From Anaerolineae bacterium (GTDB lineage Bacteria; Chloroflexota; Anaerolineae; Aggregatilineales; UBA3940): a DNA stretch of 64,000 nucleotides. The first letter of the stretch is position 1; every line of letters starts with the position of its first letter. The position numbers and the translations under genes were made by a program. The notes under the pieces are model-generated. The model saw only the letters and a list, made by a program, of their open reading frames with translations, was not told where the DNA came from and made no database searches. The stretch lies in the NCBI GenBank assembly GCA_034435015.1, contig DAOTYH010000069.1:21312-85311 (forward strand). The letters are read 5' to 3'. Shown piece after piece: positions 47,906 to 57,571 of this stretch.

Positions 47906-48649
47906 ATGGAAACACTGGGCCGCGTTTTATCTACCCTGCTTAAATCGCTCACGCAGTTAATCCCGCGCAGTGTCACCGACAGCATTGACTCGGTGGTTGA
48001 CTTTGCCTATGCCCGCTTGTTCGGACTGCCGTTTATTGTGCTGGGCTATCGTCAGACTGGCAAGACGACCCTGCTGGAGTGGCTGAGGCATGACGCCGCC
48101 TTTCTGGCTGAATTCAGCCCCGATCCGACCGCCGCAGGCGGCGAGCCTGTGCCCGCCTTCACCACGCGCCTCAGCGCGGACGGCGGGGCACTGCGCCTGC
48201 GCCCCCGTCGTGATGTGGGCGGCGAGTACTCGATGTGGGATACAGACTGGGCAGAGCTGTTCCGCCAGACCAAACCGAGAGGGATCATCTTCCTGATCGA
48301 TCACACCAACCCTGCCCAGCACAAGGACGCGCTCAACTTCGTCCTGCAAATGCTGGATGATGAAGAGGCCGCCCGCAAGCCGTTGCGGATGTTCACCTTG
48401 CTGGTCAATAAGAAGGACCTTTGGGGCGAGGATGTGACGGTGGAATCGATTCTGGAGAACTACCGCAACGAAACGCGCCGTCTCAAATCGCAGGCTGTAC
48501 GGCTTGGCTACCGCTATACGATCCGTTCCACCAGCCTCGTGACCGGTGAAGGGGTCAGGGAGGCCATGATTGACTTCTTTGATGCCATCCGCCCACGGTC
48601 CCAGCAGGCCAGCCAGCCGAGGCCGGCGGCTGAGGGCATCGGCGCATGA
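47906..48649 (+). CDS. Arf/Sar/SR-beta-like small GTPase with an N-terminal helix extension
   Basis: G1 is GYRQTGKTT, G3 is DVGGE, G4 is NKKD and G5-like is TSLVTGEG. The block GIIFLIDHTNPAQHKDALNFVLQMLDDEEAARKPLRMFTLLVNKKDL aligns by eye with the Arf1 block [51 protein letters not shown] lies upstream of the ATG at 47906. The longer track ORF would run through the acr3 terminator. Confidence 0.8.
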   Translation: METLGRVLSTLLKSLTQLIPRSVTDSIDSVVDFAYARLFGLPFIVLGYRQTGKTTLLEWLRHDAAFLAEFSPDPTAAGGEPVPAFTTRLSADGGALRLRPRRDVGGEYSMWDTDWAELFRQTKPRGIIFLIDHTNPAQHKDALNFVLQMLDDEEAARKPLRMFTLLVNKKDLWGEDVTVESILENYRNETRRLKSQAVRLGYRYTIRSTSLVTGEGVREAMIDFFDAIRPRSQQASQPRPAAEGIGA

Positions 48650-49299
48650 TGCCTGATCTGGTCATCGAATACGGGCTGGACGGCGGCCAGCCCGGTTACC
48701 GCTTCAGGCCGCCTGTCAGGGGCTTCAGTGAGGAGGTCCTGCGGGCGATCTGGCGGTGTGCGATGCCGCGCGGTCAGGGGTGGGGCGGCAATGACTATAT
48801 CGGGGCACGGTCGCTGAAGTGCTTCCCCGTTGATGCCCGCACGGCGGCGCTGTCGCTCGTCACTGTCACCGATCAGGAGGATGAGATGGGGCGGCGGGGC
48901 ATCCGCCGGGCTGAGATTACGCTTGTGCCGGCCCGCGAGTATCTGGTTCATCTGGAAAGGCGGCTGGAGACCTACCCCCCTTCCGTCTATGCGGCGGCGC
49001 ACCGCCGGTTAACTCCCTACCTGTGGCGCCGCATTCTAGATAAGGCCGTGCCCAAGCTCAAGCGGGGCCAGCCGGTTGTGCTGGCTCATCCGTACACCAG
49101 CCCGGAGAGCTGGCAGGTCATGGAAGCGCTGATGCTGAAGCTGATCACCTCGCGGGCGGTACGGCTGATCGAGGGGTGGGGGTCGGTCAGCTCGTTTACC
49201 ACGCTGGCGCTCGACTGGCGGGATGAGTCGCGGCTGGTGGCGCTCCCGCTTGACAGGGCGCAGACCCTGCGCGGGGTGACGGTGATCGTGATCCCCTGA
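48646..49299 (+). CDS. Hypothetical protein, translationally coupled to the GTPase gene (ATGA overlap)
   Basis: A 217-aa ORF with no motif I can assign with confidence. The N-terminus is LVIEYGLDGGQPGYRFRPPVRGFSEEVL. Confidence 0.6.
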   Translation: MMPDLVIEYGLDGGQPGYRFRPPVRGFSEEVLRAIWRCAMPRGQGWGGNDYIGARSLKCFPVDARTAALSLVTVTDQEDEMGRRGIRRAEITLVPAREYLVHLERRLETYPPSVYAAAHRRLTPYLWRRILDKAVPKLKRGQPVVLAHPYTSPESWQVMEALMLKLITSRAVRLIEGWGSVSSFTTLALDWRDESRLVALPLDRAQTLRGVTVIVIP

Positions 49300-49320
49300 G
49301 GCGGGACGGGGCTGTCTTTT

Positions 49321-50796
49321 CTACCCGTTCAGGATCATCTTGGCCGCTAGTTTCCCCGACAGCATCACCATAGGCACACCGCCGCCCGGATGGGTCGTGC
49401 CGCCGGCAAAGTACAATCCGCGCACATGGGCGGCCCTGTTTGGCGGGCGGAGGAAGATGTTGGTTGCCTTGTTGTTTGAGATGCCGTACAGCGCCCCGCG
49501 CCGTGCGCCCGTTATCCGTTCAATGCCGGCAGGGGTCAAGTGGTGCTCAACCCGAATCCGGCCCCGAACATCCAGCCCATACCGCTCGGCCAGCAGAGCC
49601 AGCACACGGTCACGGTAGCCGGCGGCTTCTTTTTCCCAGTCGAAGGCTGGCCCAAGCGGCGGCGCGTTGACCATCACAAACCAGTTTTCACATCCCTCCG
49701 GTGCGTGGGAGGCATCGGCCTTGGAGGTGATGGCGACATAAATAGTTGGATCGGCAGGGGGGATGCCCCGCTTAAAGATGTCATCGAACTCGCGCGGGTA
49801 GTCGGGTGAGAAGAAGATGTTGTGCTGGGCCAATTGGGGATGCCGGCCTTCGACGCCCAGCAGAATCACAAAGCCGGAGCAGGACAGGCCAGCCCGCTCC
49901 AACCGCTTGACCTGCCGGCGGGCGGCTGGGGTGGACGGCAGGAGCTTTTCGTAGACAGTTGCCGCATCCACGTTGGCGATCACGGCGCTGGCCGGCTGGT
50001 AGACGCCGTCGGCCAATTCAACGCCCTGCACCCTGTTATCCTTGACCCGGATGCGGCTTACGGCTTTTCCGGTGTGGATTTCCACCCCCAGTTCTTCCGC
50101 AAGCCGGCTCAAGGCACGGGCGATGGCATACACCCCCCCGCGCGGATACCATACCCCGCCGACCATCTCAACATAGGCGATCACGTTAAAAGCCGCTGAG
50201 GCCTGATAGGGGCTGGCCCCTGCGTAGGTTGCAAAGCGCCCCAGCAGTTGCCGCAGGTGCGGCGAGCGGATGTAATGCCGGATGGCGGCGTCCATAGTGC
50301 GCGTGACATCCACGCGCAGGACGTCGCGCAGGGGGACTTGGGTCAGCGTGCGCAGGGTAGGGGGATCGCTGTAGAGGAAGACAGGGGCGGTGATACGGTA
50401 CTGGCGCGTGACGTGTGCCAGAAAGGCCAGATACCCCTCCGGGGCATGGGCGTCCAGCGCGGCGATCTGGTCAATCATGCGGGTCAGATCGCGGGTGGCA
50501 TCGAGAACTATCCCGTCGGGGTAAAAGTAGCGCGTCGTCGGCTCGACGGGCATGAGCGTCAGGTAATCATCTAGACGGCGTCCCGCGGCGGCGAACAGGT
50601 CTTCTAACACGTGACGCATGGTGATTACTGAGGGGCCGGTGTCCCATCGGAAGCCTGCCTCAGTGACCTCGCCCATCTTGCCGCCAAGAAAGCTGTTCTG
50701 TTCGTAGATGATCACAGGCCGTCCCGCGGCCGCCAAACGGATCGCGGCGCTTAAACCGCCTATGCCTGCGCCAATGACAACGACAGGGTTGCTCAT
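49321..50796 (-). CDS. Phytoene-desaturase-family (CrtI-like) FAD-dependent oxidoreductase
   Basis: VVVIGAGIGGLSAA is the dinucleotide fold. The C-terminus GLYFAGGTTHPGGGVPMV is typical of CrtI/CrtD. Confidence 0.9.
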   Translation of the reverse strand: MSNPVVVIGAGIGGLSAAIRLAAAGRPVIIYEQNSFLGGKMGEVTEAGFRWDTGPSVITMRHVLEDLFAAAGRRLDDYLTLMPVEPTTRYFYPDGIVLDATRDLTRMIDQIAALDAHAPEGYLAFLAHVTRQYRITAPVFLYSDPPTLRTLTQVPLRDVLRVDVTRTMDAAIRHYIRSPHLRQLLGRFATYAGASPYQASAAFNVIAYVEMVGGVWYPRGGVYAIARALSRLAEELGVEIHTGKAVSRIRVKDNRVQGVELADGVYQPASAVIANVDAATVYEKLLPSTPAARRQVKRLERAGLSCSGFVILLGVEGRHPQLAQHNIFFSPDYPREFDDIFKRGIPPADPTIYVAITSKADASHAPEGCENWFVMVNAPPLGPAFDWEKEAAGYRDRVLALLAERYGLDVRGRIRVEHHLTPAGIERITGARRGALYGISNNKATNIFLRPPNRAAHVRGLYFAGGTTHPGGGVPMVMLSGKLAAKMILNG

Positions 50797-50994
50797 CTGT
50801 GGATGCTCCCAAGGGCAGATTCCGGACAGCTAACAGGCCGCCAGACTGCCAGGCTGGGCTGGCGGCCTGGGTCGTCTGGCATGATAATATGCGGCAGGCA
50901 AATCCGCAACAGAGGGGCTGGGGCAACAGCTTCTGTCAGATCAGGGCGGCGGGACCTTTGCGCGGCTCTTCCCGAAGAGGCGGTTTTTTAACTG

Positions 50995-51003
50995 TGCTAT
51001 AAT
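50995..51003 (+). promoter_or_regulatory. Extended -10 element (TGCTATAAT) upstream of the PAS kinase gene
   Basis: TG-C-TATAAT lies about 49 nt upstream of the ATG at 51052. There is no good -35. Confidence 0.3.
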
Positions 51004-51051
51004 GGTGCTAACTTTGTCCGTGTTCGTATTTTTGTAGTTGAGGGCAGGCCG

Positions 51052-52947
51052 ATGGCTCACAACTCAGCAGGTGATCGGCGTCTGTGTTGGTGGCCCCTTA
51101 GGCGGGTTCTGCCCGACAAAGACCGGCATAGCCGTCTTCAAAAGCGGTATGGTCAACTGCTTGAAAACCTTGCTGACTTCTGCCTCATCATTGACCGAAA
51201 CTGGCGCTGTCTGTTGGCAAACAGGGCTGTAGGTGCTTTCACTGCTAAGCCGTACCACGAGGTGGTAGGGGCACGGCTGACGGATACTTTTCCCGATCTG
51301 GATCAAACTGACCTTTTCAAAGTCTGCCGGCAGGTGATGGAGGAGGGACATCCGCGGCAGTTTGTCACGACTCTGCTGTTGCCCGACGGGCCGGAGGGGT
51401 ATTTTGAGGTGCGTGTCTGCCCGATTGAGGAGGGCATTCTGTGCCTGGCACGCGACATCACCGCCGAGCGCCGGGCTGAGGTGGCCCTGCGTGAAGTGGA
51501 GAGACTCCAGCGGATGGTCCTCTCCTCAATCTCTGACTTCGTCTGGAGCGCCCGTGTCAAGGATGATCAGCAGGAGATGATCTACTTCTCGCCTGTGGTC
51601 AAGCAGATCACCGGCTATTCTGCCGAGGAGATGCTGAAGGAAGGGAATCTCTGGGAGAGGGTGATCCATCCTGACGACCTGGCTCGTTTTGCAGTGGCTG
51701 TGAGGAACGCACTCGGGGGGCGGCCTGTTCAGATCGAACATCGCATTGTGCGGCGTGACGGGGAAGTGCGCTGGGTGCGCAACAGCATCAATTCCTCGGG
51801 ATCTGAGGCTGAGCTGGGGGTTCGGCTGGATGGGGTGGTAGCCGACATCACCGAGCGGAAGGAAGCTGAGGCCAAGCTTGAAGCCCGTGCCAGCCAGCTT
51901 GAGGAGGCCGTGAGCGTTCGCACAGCCGACCTGCAACTGGAGAAGATTCGGACTGAGGCAATCCTGTCCAGCGTGGCCGACGGCGTAGTGATACTCGGCC
52001 AGAATGGTGAGGTCCTGTTGGCCAACCCGGTTGCGGCTCGATGGCTGGGAACGCTTCAACCGCCGGAGGATCAGGGGCGGCTGCGCGAAGCTCTGCAAGA
52101 CATCGCCAAGCAGTTCATACACCCCCGTAAGGAAGACATCAGCCAGATCAGCCTGACCAACCTGGACTTGGAGGCCTGTTCTGCCCCCCTGATTCATGAC
52201 GGGCGTCAGGCAGGGCTGGTGGTTGTGCTCCATGATGTCACCCGCTTGAAGGCTATGGATCGGCTGAAGACCGAGTTTGTGTCCAATGTATCGCATGAAC
52301 TGCGTGCCCCGCTGACCGCACTGAAACTGTACATCAACCTGTTGCGGCGCGGGCTGGCCGAGAAGCAGGAGCATTATCTCTCCCAGTTGGAGGATCAGGC
52401 TAACAAGCTGGCCGCGTTAGTCAACAACCTGCTTGACCTGTCCCGCCTCGACCGCGGAGCTATCCCCTTTGCGCCGGAGATGATCACGCTGACACCCCTG
52501 TTGCATGAGGTCATCAACACGTTTGCGGATGTGGCCTCCGATCACGGCCTGCAATTGATATCCAGCCTGCCCCCTGACCTGCCGCCTGTATATGCTGATC
52601 CGTTACAGATACGGCAGGTGTTCACCAACCTGCTGAGTAATGCAATCAACTACACCCCCGCCGGCGGCACGGTTGAGGTCAAACTGGCTTACGAGGCAGA
52701 GTGGGTGCGCTGTACGATCAGCGACACCGGTATCGGCATTCCCCCCGCTGAGATGCCCCGCCTGTTCGAGCGCTTTTTCAGGGCCAGCAACGCCCGGCAT
52801 CACCACATCAGCGGCACAGGGCTGGGGCTGGCGATTGTCAAGGAGATCGTGGACCTGCACGGCGGCTCTATCTCGGTGGAAAGCGTGTTGGGTGAGGGGA
52901 CTACCTTCCACGTCAAACTGCCTGTTTCGCCCCCGCCTAAGGAGTAA
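51052..52947 (+). CDS. Multi-PAS sensor histidine kinase
   Basis: At least three PAS-like regions are present. The H-box is SHELRAPLTAL. HATPase motifs are SNAINYT and GTGLGLAIV. Confidence 0.9.
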   Translation: MAHNSAGDRRLCWWPLRRVLPDKDRHSRLQKRYGQLLENLADFCLIIDRNWRCLLANRAVGAFTAKPYHEVVGARLTDTFPDLDQTDLFKVCRQVMEEGHPRQFVTTLLLPDGPEGYFEVRVCPIEEGILCLARDITAERRAEVALREVERLQRMVLSSISDFVWSARVKDDQQEMIYFSPVVKQITGYSAEEMLKEGNLWERVIHPDDLARFAVAVRNALGGRPVQIEHRIVRRDGEVRWVRNSINSSGSEAELGVRLDGVVADITERKEAEAKLEARASQLEEAVSVRTADLQLEKIRTEAILSSVADGVVILGQNGEVLLANPVAARWLGTLQPPEDQGRLREALQDIAKQFIHPRKEDISQISLTNLDLEACSAPLIHDGRQAGLVVVLHDVTRLKAMDRLKTEFVSNVSHELRAPLTALKLYINLLRRGLAEKQEHYLSQLEDQANKLAALVNNLLDLSRLDRGAIPFAPEMITLTPLLHEVINTFADVASDHGLQLISSLPPDLPPVYADPLQIRQVFTNLLSNAINYTPAGGTVEVKLAYEAEWVRCTISDTGIGIPPAEMPRLFERFFRASNARHHHISGTGLGLAIVKEIVDLHGGSISVESVLGEGTTFHVKLPVSPPPKE

Positions 52948-52953
52948 CCCCTC

Positions 52954-53964
52954 TTGATCACCCCCAGCGGCCACGAACCCTTTCTTGGCGGCAGACCCGC
53001 TCCTCCTGAGCTGAGCGGTCAGGAGCCGATGCTCAGCGGCGAGCGGCTGGTTCATTTATACCGCGACTGGCTGATCCATCAGCTTAACAGCCCTCGAATC
53101 ACCCACCTGCGGCGGGGCGTCATTGGCGACTGGCTGGCTCAGAATGGCGACACCCGTCCGGGGGTGGGGCTGGCACCGGACGGCCTGCCCGACATCGTCT
53201 GGTGCGCTGTGCCTGCCGGGGAGGTGTATCTGCGCGACTTTGATGAGCCGTTTGAGGTCAGGCGGTTCTTTGTCGCTAAATATCCCGTGACGTGGGAGCA
53301 GTACTGTGTGTTTCTGGAAGACCCGGAAGGGTTCGGCTCGCCGCAATGGTGGGAAGGACTGCGCTGGCGGGCCGAATACGACCGTGAGGCCCGGCTGGTG
53401 AACAACCGCCCTGCTCAGGAGGTCTCATGGTATGATGCAGTGGCATACTGCCGCTGGCTGACCAGCAGGCTGGGCTATGAGGTACGCCTGCCGACCGAAT
53501 GGGAATGGCAACAGGCGGCTACCGGCGGCAATGCCGAGAACGTCTATCCATGGGGGCGGCGGGGAGACCCTCTGCATGCCAATACCCGTGAGAGCCGGCT
53601 GCGGCGGGCTACTGCTGTCGGGATGTACCCGCATGGCGTTTCGCCGGTAGGGGCATTGGATATGAGCGGCAATGTGCTGGAGTGGTGTCAGAATCAGTTC
53701 AGACATCCCCATCACCTGGACCCCGATGGCGATGCTCACCGTACCCTGCGGGGCGGCTCGTGGTTTTTGATCCTGCATTTTGCCCGCAACACCTTCCGCA
53801 CGGGCGATGACCCTTACCTGCGGTTTAACTCAGTAGGCTTTCGGCTGGCGGCGGATAACCCCCTGCCGCCTGAGTCTCGCCTGCCGGCACGTGCGCCGGC
53901 GGCTGAGACAGCGGAGGTGCCGGAAGGTGAAATTGTCCAGACAGAAGAAGGCGGCACCCCCTGA
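52954..53964 (+). CDS. FGE-sulfatase (SUMF1/EgtB/PvdO-type) domain protein
   Basis: VTWEQYCVFL, VSWYDAVAYCRWL, RLPTEWEWQQAA, GNVLEWCQN, LRGGSW and VGFRLA are present. The start is either TTG 52954 (6 nt after the kinase stop) or ATG 53029. Confidence 0.85.
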   Translation: MITPSGHEPFLGGRPAPPELSGQEPMLSGERLVHLYRDWLIHQLNSPRITHLRRGVIGDWLAQNGDTRPGVGLAPDGLPDIVWCAVPAGEVYLRDFDEPFEVRRFFVAKYPVTWEQYCVFLEDPEGFGSPQWWEGLRWRAEYDREARLVNNRPAQEVSWYDAVAYCRWLTSRLGYEVRLPTEWEWQQAATGGNAENVYPWGRRGDPLHANTRESRLRRATAVGMYPHGVSPVGALDMSGNVLEWCQNQFRHPHHLDPDGDAHRTLRGGSWFLILHFARNTFRTGDDPYLRFNSVGFRLAADNPLPPESRLPARAPAAETAEVPEGEIVQTEEGGTP

Positions 53965-54006
53965 GCCAGAGAGTGCCGCGTATCTCTTCATGTGTTCCCT
54001 TGACTT

Positions 54007-54032
54007 GAGCTTCCAGCCAGACGAGGAAGCTC
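54007..54032. terminator. Hairpin between the convergent FGE and glnA genes
   Basis: GAGCTTCC-(10 nt)-GGAAGCTC forms an 8-bp stem with no T-tract. Confidence 0.35.
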
Positions 54033-54041
54033 ACCTGCCGG

Positions 54042-55373
54042 CTACAGCGTCTCCAGATAACGCTCCAGCTCCCACTGGGAGACCTGTATGCGGTATTCTT
54101 CCCACTCCGTGCGTTTAGCCCGCAGATAGGCCGACATGATGTGCTCACCCAGTGCATCATGCAGGAGGCTGTCTGCTTCCAGCTCCTCCAATGCCTCACC
54201 AAGTGTGCCCGGCAGTGTCTTGATCCCGCGTGAGGCTAGGTCTTCCGGTGAGAAGTGAAAGACATCCTCGTTGACCGGCTCTGGTGCTTGGAGGCCGCGC
54301 TCAATGCCGTCCAAGCCGGCCCTCAGCATGGCCGCAAAGGCCAGATAGGGATTGCAACTGGGGTCAGGGAAACGCAATTCGGCGCGGGTGGCCTCCTCAC
54401 GGCCCGGTGTGAAACGCGGGATACGGATCAGGGCCGAGCGGTTGATCTGTGCCCAGCAGATGTACACCGGCGCCTCATAGCCGGGGGTCAGGCGTTTGTA
54501 GCTGTTGACGGTCGGAGCGACCACGCCGGCCAGCGCCCGCGCATGTTCGAGTTGGCCGGCGATGAACCCATAGGCTACCGGCGAGAGCTTGTATTCGTCG
54601 TCAGCCTTGTAGAAGGCGTTACGCCCTGTTTTGATGTCCACCAAGCTCTGGTGGGTGTGCATCCCAGAGCCGTTGATCCCAAAGATCGGCTTGGGCATGA
54701 AGGTGGCATACACGCCGTAAGTGGCCGCAATGGCTTTGACGGTGTACTTGAACGTCATGGCGTTATCAGCGGCGGTCAGGGCGTCGGTATATTCGAAGTC
54801 AATCTCATGCTGTCCGATGGCGACCTCATGATGGCTGGCCTCGACCTTCATCCCCATCTGCTCGAGTGCCAGCACAATATCGGCACGGATGGACTGGGCT
54901 TCATCTTTGGGCGAGAAGTCGAAATAGCCGCCTACATCGTGAGGCACAGGAACAACGCGCTCTCCGTTGCCCTTTTTGAACAGGAAGAACTCCAGCTCCG
55001 GGCCGCACTGGTAGGCATATCCCTTCTGGCGGGCATACTCAACGGCACGCCGCAAGGCAGTGCGCGGGTCGCCCAGAAACGGGTCGCCGTCCGGGCCTTT
55101 GATGTCGCACAGCAGGCGTGCGCGGCGGCGTTCTGGGGACGTCCACGGCAGGACACGATAGGTGGCCGGGTCTGGCATCAGGAACATGTCGCTTTCCTGA
55201 ATGCGGGCAAACCCCTGGATGCTTGATCCGTCAAACCATACTCCGCGTTCCAATGCGCCGTTCAGTTGGGCTACGGGGATCGTCACACTTTTGATCGTCC
55301 CCATAATATCAGTGAACTGAAGGTCAATGAAGCGGACACCGTCCGATTCGGCCTGTCTGGCGATCTCATGCAT
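54042..55373 (-). CDS. glnA: Glutamine synthetase, type I
   Basis: FTDIMGTIKSVTIP, FDGSSI, NGSGMHTHQS and other conserved GSI motifs are present. The 443-aa length fits the short GSI-alpha form. Confidence 0.95.
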   Translation of the reverse strand: MHEIARQAESDGVRFIDLQFTDIMGTIKSVTIPVAQLNGALERGVWFDGSSIQGFARIQESDMFLMPDPATYRVLPWTSPERRRARLLCDIKGPDGDPFLGDPRTALRRAVEYARQKGYAYQCGPELEFFLFKKGNGERVVPVPHDVGGYFDFSPKDEAQSIRADIVLALEQMGMKVEASHHEVAIGQHEIDFEYTDALTAADNAMTFKYTVKAIAATYGVYATFMPKPIFGINGSGMHTHQSLVDIKTGRNAFYKADDEYKLSPVAYGFIAGQLEHARALAGVVAPTVNSYKRLTPGYEAPVYICWAQINRSALIRIPRFTPGREEATRAELRFPDPSCNPYLAFAAMLRAGLDGIERGLQAPEPVNEDVFHFSPEDLASRGIKTLPGTLGEALEELEADSLLHDALGEHIMSAYLRAKRTEWEEYRIQVSQWELERYLETL

Positions 55374-55537
55374 GGTTGCCTCCCCCTCGCAAAAATTTGG
55401 GCTATTCTACACCAACAAATAACTTTGTCAAAAAGAGACCTCTATGGGCTGATTCGAAAGACACCAGTGGGGGTATAATGGTGAGGGAACTGTAGATACA
55501 CCAACCGGGCGGGCAATCGGAAGAGAGAAGATAAGAC

Positions 55538-56575
55538 ATGAGCCTGTGGTCGGAAATCCACGAACAGCCCGAAGTGTTACGCCGTCTGCTTGATACGCAG
55601 ATGGATGTAGCCCGTCAGATCGCCGCGGCCATCCGTCAGCGCCCTATCTCATACGTGTTTGTCGCGGCACGCGGCTCGTCCGATAACACGGCGATCTATG
55701 CCAAGTATCTGTGGGGGGCGTTTGCCGGACTGCCGGTTGCACTAGCCGCCCCATCCCTGTTTACGTTGTATGAACAGCCTCCCCGCTTGCAGGATGCGGT
55801 GGTGGTGGGGATTTCGCAGTCTGGCAAGTCGCCGGATATTGTCAAAGTGTTGACGGAAGGCCGCCGGCAGGGCGTTCTAACTGTTGCGCTCACGAATGAT
55901 GTCCATTCGCCGCTGGCCACTGCCGCTGATTATGTGCTTGACATCAGCGCAGGGCAGGAGCAGGCCATTGCCGCTACCAAAACATATACTGCTTCGCTGA
56001 TGGCAATAGCCATGCTGTCTGCCGCCCTGACGGATGGGACAGATCAAATGGAGGCTCTGTCCCGCGTCCCTGATGTCATGGCGGAGGTGCTTAGGCTGGG
56101 CGAGATAATCAAACAGGGGGTGGAGGCGTTTGCAGGTATGACGCGCTGTGTCGTGCTGGGGCGGGGATATAACTACGCGACAGCCTATGAGTGGGCGCTC
56201 AAGATGAAGGAACTAGCCTATGTGGCCGCTGAGCCTTACTCTCCGGCTGACTTCCGGCATGGCCCGATTGCCATGATCGAGCCGGGCTTCCCGGTGCTGG
56301 CGGTTGCTCCGCGCGGCAGAGTTTCACCCGATATGCTTGAACTCCTCAAGACGCTGGCCGGCAGGCATGGCTCTGAGCTGGTGGTTATCTCGGACGATCA
56401 AGAGGCACTTGCTGATGCGCGAATGCCTCTTCATCTGCCCGGCCAGTTGCCTGAGTGGGCTGTCCCGCTGGTCAGCATCGTGCCTGCCCAGCTTTTCTGC
56501 TATTACCTGACGCAGGCCAAAGGCCTTGACCCTGAAGCTCCGCGCGGCCTGACAAAGGTAACCGAAACTTACTGA
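55538..56575 (+). CDS. Double-SIS-domain sugar-phosphate isomerase/aminotransferase-like protein (GlmS C-terminal/AgaS/FrlB-like)
   Basis: VAARGSSDNTAIYAKY...GISQSGKSPD...NDVHSPLA are SIS motifs, followed by a second SIS repeat. Confidence 0.85.
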   Translation: MSLWSEIHEQPEVLRRLLDTQMDVARQIAAAIRQRPISYVFVAARGSSDNTAIYAKYLWGAFAGLPVALAAPSLFTLYEQPPRLQDAVVVGISQSGKSPDIVKVLTEGRRQGVLTVALTNDVHSPLATAADYVLDISAGQEQAIAATKTYTASLMAIAMLSAALTDGTDQMEALSRVPDVMAEVLRLGEIIKQGVEAFAGMTRCVVLGRGYNYATAYEWALKMKELAYVAAEPYSPADFRHGPIAMIEPGFPVLAVAPRGRVSPDMLELLKTLAGRHGSELVVISDDQEALADARMPLHLPGQLPEWAVPLVSIVPAQLFCYYLTQAKGLDPEAPRGLTKVTETY

Positions 56576-56695
56576 GGGCTGGCTGACAGCAGGGGCGCAT
56601 GGACAGACCTCCCTGCATTGTTTTGTCAGCACAAAACGATACTATACTGGAGTATTAAGGAAGACCCCCATTCACAATGCGAACAGCAGTGCGCT

Positions 56696-57571
56696 ATGGA
56701 GGCAACATCCATGCCTAACCGCTACGCCATTGATAAGACCCTTACTGTCAACAACCTGCGCTTCCATTATCGTGACTGGGGCGGACGGGGGTGGCCGCTT
56801 CTGCTGTTACACGGCTTGGCCAGCACCAGCCATATCTTTGATCTGACGGCCTCCCTGCTGGTTGAGGAGTTCCGGGTCTTTGCCCTTGACCTGCGGGGGC
56901 ATGGCCAGTCAGACAAGCCCGATGCGGACTACACCTTCGAGGCTGTCGGCGGGGATGTGCGTGGTGTAATCGAGGCGCTGGGGCTGGAGCGGCCTATCCT
57001 TGTGGGGCATAGCTGGGGTGCGGCAGTAGGGCTGTGGCTGGCGGCTGTCTTTCCGGCGCTGATCGGCGGGCTGGTGATGGTGGACGGCGGCCTTGCCGAC
57101 TTGTCAAGTCTGTCATGGGAAGAGACCCTCAAGCGCCTCAGCCCGCCGCAACTGGCCGGAATGCTGGTGAGTGACTTCCGTGAGATGATCGTGGAGCGTG
57201 CGCCGCAGGGACTCATCACGCCGGCGGTGGAGGCGGCTATCCTGGCCAATTTTGAGATTGATGCTGAGGGGAAGATACAGCCGCGCCTGCCGTATGAATA
57301 TCACCTCCGCATTCTGCGGGCCATGTGGGAACAGCGCCTGCCAGAGTTGTATGAAAAGGTCATCTGCCCGGTTCTCATCCTGCCGGCGCGGCGGAAGGAT
57401 CACGAAGACCCGGCCCTGCTGGCCGCCAAAGAACGCGGGGCGGCGCAGGCCGAGGAGCTGGTTGCCGATGTGGAGGTGGTCTGGCTGGATAATACTATTC
57501 ATGATGTACCGCTCCAGCGCCCGCACCGGCTGGCAGAGGAGATCAGGAGGTTTGTTCAGGAGCGGGTCTAG
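56696..57571 (+). CDS. Alpha/beta-fold hydrolase
   Basis: LLLLHGLAS, DLRGHGQSD and the nucleophile elbow VGHSWGA are present, with a C-terminal His (IHDV). Confidence 0.8.
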   Translation: MEATSMPNRYAIDKTLTVNNLRFHYRDWGGRGWPLLLLHGLASTSHIFDLTASLLVEEFRVFALDLRGHGQSDKPDADYTFEAVGGDVRGVIEALGLERPILVGHSWGAAVGLWLAAVFPALIGGLVMVDGGLADLSSLSWEETLKRLSPPQLAGMLVSDFREMIVERAPQGLITPAVEAAILANFEIDAEGKIQPRLPYEYHLRILRAMWEQRLPELYEKVICPVLILPARRKDHEDPALLAAKERGAAQAEELVADVEVVWLDNTIHDVPLQRPHRLAEEIRRFVQERV

